64,000 nucleotides of DNA, taken from an uncultured Planctomycetaceae bacterium (GTDB taxonomy: Bacteria; Planctomycetota; Planctomycetia; Pirellulales; Pirellulaceae). The notes below the pieces were generated by a model. That model did not search any database. It had not been told where the DNA came from and saw only the letters and a list, made by a program, of their open reading frames with translations. Shown here in pieces: positions 1-8,840 of the stretch. Within the stretch, counting starts at the first letter, position 1; each line of letters opens with the position of its first letter. The stretch lies in assembly GCA_963758085.1 (NCBI GenBank), contig CAVWUB010000004.1, positions 334,259-398,258 of the forward strand, written 5' to 3'. Both the position numbers and the translations under genes were made by a program.

Positions 1-824
1 AAGCAATCGTCCGTCAGATGGCCAAAAACAGCCATAGTTGCGTCTACCTCAGCCTGGCGCACCTGCCAGCCGACGTCGTTCGAAACCGTTTTCCAGGCAT
101 CGCCGAAGCCTGCGCAAAGTTTAGCCTCGATATCACCCGCGACCCGATTCCGGTACGGCCAGGTGCGCACTACATGGTCGGCGGCGTGACGGTCAACCGC
201 CAGGGCCAAACGAGCTTGCCGGGATTGTGGGCTGCGGGCGAGGTGACCAGCAGCGGATTGCACGGCGCCAATCGCCTAGCGAGCAACAGCTTGCTCGAAG
301 GATTGGTCTATGGGGCACACGCCGGTCAAGCGGCATCGCGGGCCGCGGGGGAAATGCCGGACACGATGAAGGCGCTGCGGATCGAGCAGCCAGTCAATCC
401 CTCGTCCAATGAGTTCGACGTTGCCGACGTCCGCGCTTCGCTGCGCAGTTTGATGGGACGGCTGGTGGGGGTCGAACGCGATGCGGAGGGACTGCGCGAA
501 GCCGCTGCAGGCGTCGATTCTTTTTGCAGCTACGTCATGCCGCGGCAGTTCGCGAGCATCACTGGCTGGGAGTTGCAGAACCTGCTGTGCACGGCGCAGA
601 TGATGACCCGCGCCGCGTTTGCTCGTCAGGAATCCCGCGGCGTCCATTTTCGGCTGGACTATCCGGCCGTCGATGATTTGCACTGGCGGCGGCATCTGAC
701 CATCCGGATCGACCGCAACGGCGGCCAGCCGCACAAGGAAGAGCTGTTCCCAGTGCAGGCCGATCCGCTGCGTTCGGCTCACGGGGAGCGGCTCGAGCGG
801 CCCGGACCGGTGACGGCTGGCTAG
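1..824 (+). CDS. nadB: L-aspartate oxidase, C-terminal part (5' end lies outside the window)
   Basis: The translation HYMVGGVTVN...GLWAAGEVTSSGLHGANRLASNSLLEGLVYG closely matches the E. coli NadB segment HYTCGGVMVD...[31 protein letters not shown]. The ORF runs to the window edge. Confidence 0.7.
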   Translation, partial: AIVRQMAKNSHSCVYLSLAHLPADVVRNRFPGIAEACAKFSLDITRDPIPVRPGAHYMVGGVTVNRQGQTSLPGLWAAGEVTSSGLHGANRLASNSLLEGLVYGAHAGQAASRAAGEMPDTMKALRIEQPVNPSSNEFDVADVRASLRSLMGRLVGVERDAEGLREAAAGVDSFCSYVMPRQFASITGWELQNLLCTAQMMTRAAFARQESRGVHFRLDYPAVDDLHWRRHLTIRIDRNGGQPHKEELFPVQADPLRSAHGERLERPGPVTAG

Positions 825-875
825 GCCAGCCGCGGCAAATTTCTCAATCCGATCCCGACGGCAGTGCCTGCGAAG

Positions 876-3119
876 TCAGTCCAGCACACCCCACTGCGAG
901 AGCGTCGGTACAATCCCTTCGGCCCAGCGGCGGTAGCCTTCGGCGCTGAGGTGCAGCCGGTCGGGCATCACCTCGGTGGGCAATGTTCCGTCGTCTTCGA
1001 GGAATAGCTCGCCCAAGTCCTGGTAGACCACGTGGTCGCCATCTGCCATCTCGCTGATCAGTCGGTTGACCGCTTCGTTGTTGACGCGCATGGGGTCATC
1101 GGCGCTTGCGCCGCGGGGAAAAACACCCAACAGCAGAATCCGAGTCGGCGGCGACTTTTGCCGCAGCGTCTGAATGATCTCCGCGACTCCTGCGGCAATC
1201 TGTTCCGGTTGCTGCATCAGATGACCGGTATTGTTCGTACCGATCAGTACCACCGCGGCCTGCGGCTGGTTCTGGCCCATTTGGTTATGTTTTAAACGCC
1301 ACAACACGTGCTCGGTCCGGTCGCCGCTGAAACCGAGGTTGAGCGCCTTGACCGAGCCGAAGTGCTGCTCCCAAACCTCCTTGCCGACCCCTTCCCATCC
1401 CTGGGTGATCGAGTCGCCGATGAACACCAGATCGTGGTCATTGGCCTTGGCCTGCTCGCGTTTAGCGCGGTCGCGTTGCTTCCACCAAGCTTCGTCGCCG
1501 CGGGTGGCGGGAAAGATCGCCGTGTTGACCTGATACTCATCGCGCAATTGCTGATAACGCTGTTGCAGTTCGGCGAGTACCGACTGATATTGCTCCACGT
1601 CGTGAACGCTTTGCATTTCCTGAGGATCGGTTTCCAAGTCAAACAGGTTCCATTCTTGCGTGCGCGGGAAGTACATCGCCTTATAGCGTTTTGTCCGCAC
1701 GCCGTCATGCTTGGGCACCATGTGCACTGCATCGTTTTCGTAATAGGCGTAGTAGATGGCATCCCGCCATCCTTCGACGGCCTCGCCTTGATTTTTCAGG
1801 ATCGGCAACAGGCTGCGGCCCTGAATCTCCTCAGGCACTTCCACACCGGCAACCTCTAAAAATGTGGGTGCGTAGTCGATATTCTGAATCAGCTCACCCG
1901 AACGTTTGCCGGCTTCGATCACTCCTGGCCAACGGATCAAGAACGGCATTCTCAGCGATTCTTCAAACATCCAGCGTTTGTCATACCAGCCGTGCTCGCC
2001 GAGATAGAAACCTTGATCGGAGGCATAGATGACGATCGTATTGTCCGACAAATTGTGCTCATCGAGATAATCGAGGATCCGTCCGACGTTATCGTCGACC
2101 GCTGCGACGCAGCCGAGGTAGTCGTGCATGTAACGTTGATACTTCCACTGGGTTACGTCCTGGTCGGAAAGCTCGCCCGCTCGCAGTTGCTTGAGAAACG
2201 CCTCGTTCTCCGGCTGATAATAAGCATCCCACTGTTGTTTCTGCTCGGCTGTCATCCGCTGATATTCGCCGTTGCCCATACCGCTTTGGAAATGTTGTGG
2301 AAACTCATTGGCGCCTTTGAACTTCATGTCGTGGGCCCAGTACATGTGCTTGGCGATCGTCATTTCGTTTTCTTGCAGCAACTTGCTGCGGCCCGCATAG
2401 TCGTCAAACAACGTTTCCGGCTCGGGAATGCTGCCGAGCTTGTATTTCCCGAAGTGCCGCGGGTGCGGCGACCAGTTGCGGTGCGGCGCCTTGTGTTGGC
2501 TCATCAATAAGAATGGGCGGTCGGGATCGCGATCTTCCAGCCACTGCAGCGAGAAGTCTCCGATCAAGTCGGTGCAGTAGCCTTCATAGCGTTTGCGTGA
2601 GCCATCCATGTGAATGAAGTCAGGGTTATAGTAACTGCCCTGACCCGGCAGGATTTGCCAGTAATCAAAGCCGGTCGGCTGGCTGACCAGGTGCCATTTA
2701 CCGATCACCGCCGTCTGGTAGCCCGCCTGCTGCAGCAGTTTGGGAAACGTCAGCTGCGAACCATCAAACCGGTCTTCGTTTCTCATAAACCCGTTCAAAT
2801 GGCTGTGCTTGCCCGTCAGGATGCAGGCGCGCGAGGGACCGCAGATCGAGTTGGCGCAGTACGAGCGGTCGAACACCATGCCGGCACCGGCCAATCGATC
2901 CAGCTGAGGCGTCGAGTTGACCTGTGAGCCGTAGCTGCCCATTGCCGCCAACGCGTGATCGTCGGAAAAGATGAACACGATGTTCGGCGGCTTGGCGGCC
3001 GTGCGACCCGCTGCGCTGGCTCGATCGTTTCCGTCGCCAAACTGCGCGACCGCTGGGTAATGCCCCAGCGCCGCGAGCAGCGCCAGACACAGGAGTGAAA
3101 CGTGATGAAGAAGACGCAT
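876..3119 (-). CDS. Secreted sulfatase fused to a C-terminal SGNH/GDSL esterase domain
   Basis: There is an N-terminal signal peptide. The sulfatase formylglycine signature C-X-P-S-R is present (SICGPSRACILTGKHSH). The C-terminal ~200 aa carry a GDSL-like block (LVFIGDSITQGWEG) and a DxxH block (DRLHLSAEGY). It is one 747-aa ORF. Confidence 0.75.
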   Translation of the reverse strand: MRLLHHVSLLCLALLAALGHYPAVAQFGDGNDRASAAGRTAAKPPNIVFIFSDDHALAAMGSYGSQVNSTPQLDRLAGAGMVFDRSYCANSICGPSRACILTGKHSHLNGFMRNEDRFDGSQLTFPKLLQQAGYQTAVIGKWHLVSQPTGFDYWQILPGQGSYYNPDFIHMDGSRKRYEGYCTDLIGDFSLQWLEDRDPDRPFLLMSQHKAPHRNWSPHPRHFGKYKLGSIPEPETLFDDYAGRSKLLQENEMTIAKHMYWAHDMKFKGANEFPQHFQSGMGNGEYQRMTAEQKQQWDAYYQPENEAFLKQLRAGELSDQDVTQWKYQRYMHDYLGCVAAVDDNVGRILDYLDEHNLSDNTIVIYASDQGFYLGEHGWYDKRWMFEESLRMPFLIRWPGVIEAGKRSGELIQNIDYAPTFLEVAGVEVPEEIQGRSLLPILKNQGEAVEGWRDAIYYAYYENDAVHMVPKHDGVRTKRYKAMYFPRTQEWNLFDLETDPQEMQSVHDVEQYQSVLAELQQRYQQLRDEYQVNTAIFPATRGDEAWWKQRDRAKREQAKANDHDLVFIGDSITQGWEGVGKEVWEQHFGSVKALNLGFSGDRTEHVLWRLKHNQMGQNQPQAAVVLIGTNNTGHLMQQPEQIAAGVAEIIQTLRQKSPPTRILLLGVFPRGASADDPMRVNNEAVNRLISEMADGDHVVYQDLGELFLEDDGTLPTEVMPDRLHLSAEGYRRWAEGIVPTLSQWGVLD

Positions 3120-3246
3120 GAGTGATCAACTCCGCGGACGAGGGGGGATGGGTGAAGGAGGTAGGAGGAAAAGGCGTGGCCGGTACTCCGACGATAGCAC
3201 ACTGCGATGCGAGCGGGGCAGGTGCGCGAACAGGGGCACGAGGGCC

Positions 3247-4068
3247 TTAGGACTGCGGCGCGTCGTCCGGAGCAATTTCGACAGCGAAATCGGCGATCAG
3301 CGGCAGATGATCCGATGCGTGCTTGGCCAGTGCGGTATGCCCCACAAATGAGGATTGCAGGTGCATCCCGCCACGGTAGTAGATCGCGTCGAGGCTGCGC
3401 ATCGGTCGATAAGCCGGAAACGTGCGGGACTGGCCCGAGGCGTTGACGAAGCCTTGGACGGTCATGATCTTCTTGCCGAGCGAACCCCAGACATCGTTGA
3501 AGTCGCCGCCGATCAGCGCAGGGGTGTCGCGGCGGATGTGCAGCAGCGGATCGCTGGCGAGCAAGCGGCCGAGCTGAATCACTCGCTCGAATCCAGCCAA
3601 GCCGAGATGCACGTTGGTCAGCACGAGCGTGCGCGAGTGGCCCTGGTGGTGGAGCAGTGCCTTGGCAACAATCGCCTGCCGGCGCTTCTTCATCCGGATG
3701 GTCAAGTCGATGTCCCAGGTCTCCGCCAAGGCAAACCGCGATAGGATGGCGTTACCGTAGTGTCCTTGAGTCAGCTTCACATTGGCCTGAAAAGCGTGGT
3801 GCTCAAAACCCAACGCCGCGCCAATCTGCTCCGCTTGCCGGTCAAAGCGTGACCGGGGAACGCCTTCGTCTACTTCCTGCAGGAACACAACGTCGGGTTG
3901 ATAGTGGCCGATCGTGTCGATGACTCGTTGCGGACGGTAACGCCGGTCGATACCCCCAATCCCTTTGTGGATATTGTACGTCATTACCCGTAGCATCATC
4001 ATAGCCGGCCCGTCCTCAGAACACGTATCTCGTCTCCAAATCATTTTACCCACAACCCTGCGCGTCAA
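3247..4068 (-). CDS. Endonuclease/exonuclease/phosphatase (EEP) family protein
   Basis: MTYNIHKGIGG...PDVVFLQEVDEG at the N-terminus and SDHLPLIADF at the C-terminus are typical EEP-fold motifs. The exact start is uncertain because there are several in-frame Met codons. Confidence 0.6.
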   Translation of the reverse strand: MTRRVVGKMIWRRDTCSEDGPAMMMLRVMTYNIHKGIGGIDRRYRPQRVIDTIGHYQPDVVFLQEVDEGVPRSRFDRQAEQIGAALGFEHHAFQANVKLTQGHYGNAILSRFALAETWDIDLTIRMKKRRQAIVAKALLHHQGHSRTLVLTNVHLGLAGFERVIQLGRLLASDPLLHIRRDTPALIGGDFNDVWGSLGKKIMTVQGFVNASGQSRTFPAYRPMRSLDAIYYRGGMHLQSSFVGHTALAKHASDHLPLIADFAVEIAPDDAPQS

Positions 4069-5519
4069 TGATGTGGCAGTCTGCCGCCTGGATTCTTGCG
4101 CTCGACTGGACGCTGCGGATCGGCTTTGCGATCCATGTCGTGATGCGGAAGCAGTCGATTGGGATGTCGCTGTCGTGGTTGATGATTGTATTGCTGTTCC
4201 CTTTCGTCGGGCCAGCTATTTACCTGGTGCTGGGGGAAAACTGGCTGGGGATCATGCGGTCCAAATGGGCCGCGCGGATGCCGCAGCACTACCAGGCGTG
4301 GAAGTCCCGCCAGGCCAAATGGGTGTTTAACGATTGGCCCGAGCGTCTCGGCGACCCCGCCCAGCTATCGCGGATCATCACTGCCGCCAGCGGGGAAAAG
4401 CCACTGGGGGGCAACAAGTTAAAACTGCTCGAGTCGACCCGGGCGATCTTCGCTTCGATGATCGACGACATCGATCACGCCCAGAGCTCCTGCAACATGG
4501 AGTTCTACATCTGGGAAGTCGGTGGTTGGGCAGATAAGTTCTGCGAGAGCCTGCGCAACGCAGCATCGCGGGGGCTCAAGGTGCGAATTCTCGTTGATGC
4601 TGTGGGCAGCCGCGGCTTCTTGCGCAGCCGGCAATGCGCCGAACTTCGCGCAGCGGGCGCTGAAGTGCGTGCCGCTCTGCCGGTCTGGCCGCTGCGGGCG
4701 TTGTTTTACCGGTTCGATCTGCGGATGCACCGCAAAACACTGATCGTCGACGACACCATCGGCTACGTCGGCAGCCAAAACATCGCTGACCCCAAAATCT
4801 TTCGCAACGGCGCGGGCTTTGGTCAGTGGGTCGACGCGATGGTGCGGATGGTTGGGCCTGCCGTTGACTCGCTGTCGATGGTGTTTTTCGAGGACTGGCA
4901 CTTCGAGCAAAGCGATTTTGAGACGGCCAACCAGTGGGAATCAGTTCGCCCTGTTCCGGCCGCCGAGGGCACGGTGCCGGTCCAAGTGGTTCCCGCCGGA
5001 CCAGGCATCGATAGCGAAGCGATTGTGCAGATCCTGCTCAATGCGATCTACATGGCTGATCAACACCTCACCATCACAACACCGTACTTCGTGCCCGACG
5101 AGTCGCTGCAGCGGGCGCTGATCTCCGCAGCCCGGCGCGGGGTGCATGTCACGCTGGTGGTCCCCAAGAAAGTCGACTCGCGGCTGGTGCGGTTGGCTAG
5201 CCGACCGTTCTTGCGGGAACTGGTACGGGCGGGCGTGACAGTGGCCGAATACCACCGCGGGATGCTGCACACCAAATCGATCACGATCGACCACGACACC
5301 AGTTTTTTCGGGTCGCTGAACCTCGATCCCCGCAGCCTGGAGCTGAACTTTGAGTTGATGTTGGCGATCTATGACGACACATTCACACGCGATTTGATCG
5401 CCTTACAAAAGGAATACGTCGCGCAGTCGGACGTGCTGTCAGCCAACCAGATCATCGTCCCGTCATTTTTTGTGCGATTTGCAGAACGTTGTGTTCGGCT
5501 GGTCTCGCCGCTGTTGTGA
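4068..5519 (+). CDS. cls: Cardiolipin synthase (two PLD/HKD domains)
   Basis: N-terminal TM helices are followed by two HKD motifs: HRKTLIVDDTIGYVGSQNI and HTKSITIDHDTSFFGSLNLDPRS. Confidence 0.85.
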   Translation: MMWQSAAWILALDWTLRIGFAIHVVMRKQSIGMSLSWLMIVLLFPFVGPAIYLVLGENWLGIMRSKWAARMPQHYQAWKSRQAKWVFNDWPERLGDPAQLSRIITAASGEKPLGGNKLKLLESTRAIFASMIDDIDHAQSSCNMEFYIWEVGGWADKFCESLRNAASRGLKVRILVDAVGSRGFLRSRQCAELRAAGAEVRAALPVWPLRALFYRFDLRMHRKTLIVDDTIGYVGSQNIADPKIFRNGAGFGQWVDAMVRMVGPAVDSLSMVFFEDWHFEQSDFETANQWESVRPVPAAEGTVPVQVVPAGPGIDSEAIVQILLNAIYMADQHLTITTPYFVPDESLQRALISAARRGVHVTLVVPKKVDSRLVRLASRPFLRELVRAGVTVAEYHRGMLHTKSITIDHDTSFFGSLNLDPRSLELNFELMLAIYDDTFTRDLIALQKEYVAQSDVLSANQIIVPSFFVRFAERCVRLVSPLL

Positions 5520-5588
5520 TTAGCAGATTTGTTGCCGGATCTCTCTCGAAGGTTCTTCCGCGAGGCAGGTAACCCGGCTGATAACACG

Positions 5589-5724
5589 CTTGGGTGGCAC
5601 GCTCAGAGACCCAGCGATAGGCGTGAGCGGCCGGAGTAGAAGATCTGGAACGACCAGACATGGTGTGGTAGCCACGCAGTTCCATCCAGCACGCCCTTCG
5701 TTCCCCAGGGACGTGCCACCCGCA
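5589..5724 (+). repeat. Conserved ~130-nt structured element, copy 1 of 3 (candidate sRNA or MITE-like)
   Basis: The 5' end is cttGGGTGGCACGCTCAGAGacCCAGCGATaGGCGTGaGCGG and the 3' end is CAGCACGCCCTTCGTTCCcCAGGGACGTGCCACCCg. The 10-nt terminal inverted repeat is GGGTGGCACG/CGTGCCACCC and there is an inner GGGCGTG/CACGCCC pairing. It is near-identical to the segments at 18356-18488 and 45946-46080. Confidence 0.7.
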
Positions 5725-5885
5725 GGCTCACAATTCTCGCGCCCATGAGCCTTGAAGATCTCGGAAGAATCCTCTCGGAACTCTCCCCGGGCAGAACTCG
5801 AGCATGAACCGGCCCCTAGAACGCGAAAAAAAAATCGCCGAATCCGTTTTTTGGCACTGCTCTTGTCGGTTTGCGCAGCGGCCAC

Positions 5886-5915
5886 TTGACGCAAACGGCA
5901 GACGGTTCCTATCCT
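5886..5915 (+). promoter_or_regulatory. Putative sigma70-type promoter for tRNA-Thr
   Basis: TTGACG (5886-5891), an 18-nt spacer and TATCCT (5910-5915) sit about 20 nt upstream of the tRNA 5' end. The same TTGACG -35 hexamer precedes tRNA-Ala. Confidence 0.4.
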
Positions 5916-5933
5916 TAGCCTTCCCGATTGGGT

Positions 5934-6007
5934 GCCAGCGTAGCTTCAATTGGTAGAGCATCGCATTCGTAATGCGAGGGTTGCGGGTTCGAGTCCCACC
6001 GCTGGCT
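5934..6007 (+). tRNA. tRNA-Thr (anticodon CGT)
   Basis: Manual cloverleaf: acceptor GCCAGCG/CGCTGGC, D-arm GCTC-AATTGGTA-GAGC, anticodon stem TCGCA/TGCGA with loop TTCGTAA (anticodon CGT), T-loop GGTTCGAGTCC. Length 74 nt. Confidence 0.85.
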
Positions 6008-6047
6008 TTCCTACGGTTCGTCTTTCCTTACTGGAGTTCTTGCATCC

Positions 6048-7378
6048 GTGGCCAACCAAGTCGATACCCAGGTGGATCTGCGGGAGCTTGTGGTCGCTAA
6101 CCAATCGTTCGGCCCTGCCGAAGTGGCAGCGATCCGTCAAGCGATTGTGGATAATCATCTCCATTTCATCGAACTGCGCGATGCGGTCGGCGAATTGGAA
6201 GACGATCCGGGGTTGACGCCGGCAGCGAGAACCAAGCTGGGCGTTTGCCTGTACTTGCTCGGCCGGTACAAGGCGGCCAGCGAGACACTCGCGCATGCCG
6301 ATGGCGGCGCGATGGCCCTGTTTTATTCGGCCCGCTGCGCTTTGGAGATGGGCGACTATCAGGGCGCGATCGAGCGCTACGAGCAGGCGCGGAAATCAGG
6401 CTACGACGGCGATCACTGCTTGTTAGGAATTGCCGAAGCCCATCGCTACCAGGGCAACCTGCAGGAAGCGATGAACATTCTGGACAACATGTTCGGGCCG
6501 ATCGAGCAGACCGCCAACTATTTGACTCAGCGTGCCGCCACTGTCTCGGCGATTGGCGGAAACCTGTCGGAAGCGATCGCACTCTACGAGCGCGCGGTGC
6601 AAACCGACAAAAATCATTCTGGCGCGTTGTTTGGTCTGGCATCGAAAACGACCGTCAGGGCAACGACGAAGAGGCACTGGCTCTTTACGAGCGGGCAGCG
6701 AACACCTTCCCGACCGGACTCGGGGCACTGCTGAACCTCGGCGTGTTCTACGAAGACAACAACCAGTACGACAAAGCACAGGTTTGTTATCGGCGGATTC
6801 TCGATGCGTTCCCCGATCATAAACAGGCGCTGCTGTACATGAAGGACGCTTCGGCGTCCGGCAATATCCTCTACGACGAAGAAACGCAGCGTCGCAACGA
6901 CCGTTTGGCTCAGATTCTCAACCAACCGGTCAGCAACTTCGAGTTGTCGGTTCGCAGCCGCAATTGCCTGGCGAAGATGGGCATCGAGACGATCGGGGAC
7001 CTAACGCGAACCAGCGAAGCGGAACTGCTGAGCAGCAAGAACTTCGGCGAAACCAGCTTGTATGAGATTCGCGAGGTGCTCTCGAGCAAAGGATTGTCGC
7101 TTGGCCAGTTCGCCAACGAACGCAAATCGAGCGATCCGCCGATCGACACGTCCCACATGTCGCCGGACGAACAGGCACTGTTGGATCGTCCGATCGCTGA
7201 TTTGAATCTGTCGGTTCGGGCTCGCAAGTGCATGGTCCGCTTGGGCATCAATACGATTGGCGAATTGATCCGCAAGACTGGCGACGACATGCTGGAGTGC
7301 AAGAACTTCGGTGTGACGAGCTTGAACGAGGTGCGTGAGAAGCTTGCGGCTCTCGGATTGAAGATGCGGGGCGACTGA
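6048..7378 (+). CDS. TPR-repeat protein with two tandem RNA polymerase alpha C-terminal-domain (alpha-CTD)-like modules. There is an apparent +1/-1 frameshift near 6620-6660.
   Basis: TPR-like repeats (LGRYKAASE..., [20 protein letters not shown]) lie in frame 0 up to ~6640. TPR ([15 protein letters not shown]...[23 protein letters not shown]) continues in frame 2, so the two ORFs 6048-6734 and 6245-7378 most likely belong to one gene. The C-terminus has two copies of [20 protein letters not shown]...[22 protein letters not shown], closely resembling E. coli RpoA alpha-CTD ([20 protein letters not shown]...[22 protein letters not shown]). Confidence 0.6.
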
Positions 7379-7394
7379 GCAACAGCCGAGCCTC

Positions 7395-8525
7395 GTGTCA
7401 TCATTTGTCTTTCAACTCCGCCACACCGATGCAGGTTGTGGCGCACGTCGCGGCGTTTTCTCAACGCCGCGTGGCGACGTGCAGACTCCGGCGTTCATGC
7501 CGGTCGGCACCCAGGGCTCCGTCAAGGGCCTGACCATCGAGCAAGTGCGGCAGAGCGGCGCTCAGATGCTGCTGGCCAACACTTACCACTTGGCCCTGCG
7601 GCCCGGCCATGAACTGGTCCGCAAGCTTGGCGGCTTGCATGCGATGATGCGCTGGGATGGCCCGATCCTCACCGACAGCGGTGGGTTTCAGATCTTCAGC
7701 CTCGGGGAACTCAACAAGGTCACCGAAGAAGCAGCGACCTTCAAAAGTCATCTCGATGGGGCAGTCATTCGGCTGACTCCGGAATATGCGATCGAGATCC
7801 AGGAGGCGCTGGGCAGCGACATCGCGATGGTCCTGGATCACGTGGTCGCCCTGCCCAATTCGCCTGAAGTGATCATCGATGCGGTGCAGCGAAGCGTGCG
7901 CTGGGCGGCACGTTGTCTGGCGGCCTCCAATCGCGACGATCAAGCATTGTTCGCAATTGTGCAAGGCGGACTCGACGAGACGCTTCGCCGGCAATGCGCG
8001 GCGGAGCTGGCGGTGATGGATTTTGAGGGCTTCGCGGTCGGCGGCCTGAGCGTTGGTGAGCCGCCCGAGGAGATGTACCGCATCACCGCCGCGACAACGC
8101 CGGAACTTCCAGTTGACAAGCCGCGGTATCTGATGGGCGTGGGCCGACCGATCGATCTGCTGGAGTCGATTGCCCGCGGGATCGACCTGTTTGATTGCGT
8201 GATGCCGACTCGCAATGGCCGCAACGCGATGGCGTTCACCTCGACCGGACCAATCAAAATCCGCAACGCCAGCCACCGCGAGGACACCCTGCCACTCGAT
8301 CCCGAGTGCCCGTGTGTGGCCTGTCAGCACAGCCGCGGCTACCTGCGACACCTGTTCATGGCCAACGAGATGCTCGGCCCGATCCTGCTCTCCCTGCACA
8401 ACCTGACGTACTACCAACGGCTGATGGCCACCGCTCGCCAAGCGATCGAGCAAGATCGGTTTGGGGAGCTGTTAGGGCATCACCGGGAGTTGTGGAAGCG
8501 CGGAACGGTAGCAGGTAGCAGGTAG
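7395..8525 (+). CDS. tgt: Queuine tRNA-ribosyltransferase (tRNA-guanine transglycosylase)
   Basis: [25 protein letters not shown]...[13 protein letters not shown]...[13 protein letters not shown] and the zinc site [16 protein letters not shown]. Confidence 0.85.
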   Translation: MSSFVFQLRHTDAGCGARRGVFSTPRGDVQTPAFMPVGTQGSVKGLTIEQVRQSGAQMLLANTYHLALRPGHELVRKLGGLHAMMRWDGPILTDSGGFQIFSLGELNKVTEEAATFKSHLDGAVIRLTPEYAIEIQEALGSDIAMVLDHVVALPNSPEVIIDAVQRSVRWAARCLAASNRDDQALFAIVQGGLDETLRRQCAAELAVMDFEGFAVGGLSVGEPPEEMYRITAATTPELPVDKPRYLMGVGRPIDLLESIARGIDLFDCVMPTRNGRNAMAFTSTGPIKIRNASHREDTLPLDPECPCVACQHSRGYLRHLFMANEMLGPILLSLHNLTYYQRLMATARQAIEQDRFGELLGHHRELWKRGTVAGSR

Positions 8526-8662
8526 CAGGTAGCAGGTGGACGGTGGACGGTGGACGGTGGACGGAATTCTGTATTTGCCGTGAGCGGTTGGTCGAGATCA
8601 AATTCCGCAACCCGCAACCCGCAACCCGCAACCCGCAACCCGCAACCCGCAACCCGCAACCC
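8506..8662. repeat. Cluster of heptanucleotide microsatellites: (GGTAGCA)x4, (GGTGGAC)x3, (CCGCAAC)x7-8
   Basis: Read directly: ggtagcaggtagcaggtagcaggtggacggtggacggtggacgg, then after ~40 nt ccgcaacccgcaacccgcaacccgcaacccgcaacccgcaacccgcaacccg. It lies in the tgt-serC intergenic region. Confidence 0.9.
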
Positions 8663-8840
8663 GTTCTGCTTCGATCGGCGGAGCGATCGACCGCTCTGCA
8701 ACCCCCAACCAACCGCGGCACGGTTCCGCAGTTGAGCCTGGGCCGATAGAATCCTGGGCGCATGTTTTCTGCCACCTGCGGACGCGATGCTGACCAGTCG
8801 CTCTGCATGTCCCCCAACCCGCAACGCTCGGATAGCCTCC

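Noticed and set aside
5592-5610. Sigma-54 -24/-12 promoter (TGGCACG) at the start of each copy of the structured repeat
   Set aside because: TGGCACG matches the -24 element, but the required TTGCW at -12 is absent (the sequence is ...CTCAGAGCC).
5820-5860. A9...T6 tract (cgaaaaaaaaatcgccgaatccgttttttgg) as a bidirectional terminator
   Set aside because: The intervening sequence is not self-complementary, so no stem can form. It is more likely AT-rich promoter-upstream DNA for tRNA-Thr.
8506-8700. Possible CRISPR array (repeated units between tgt and serC)
   Set aside because: The units are 7 nt and directly tandem, with no spacers, so they are microsatellites. No cas genes are nearby.
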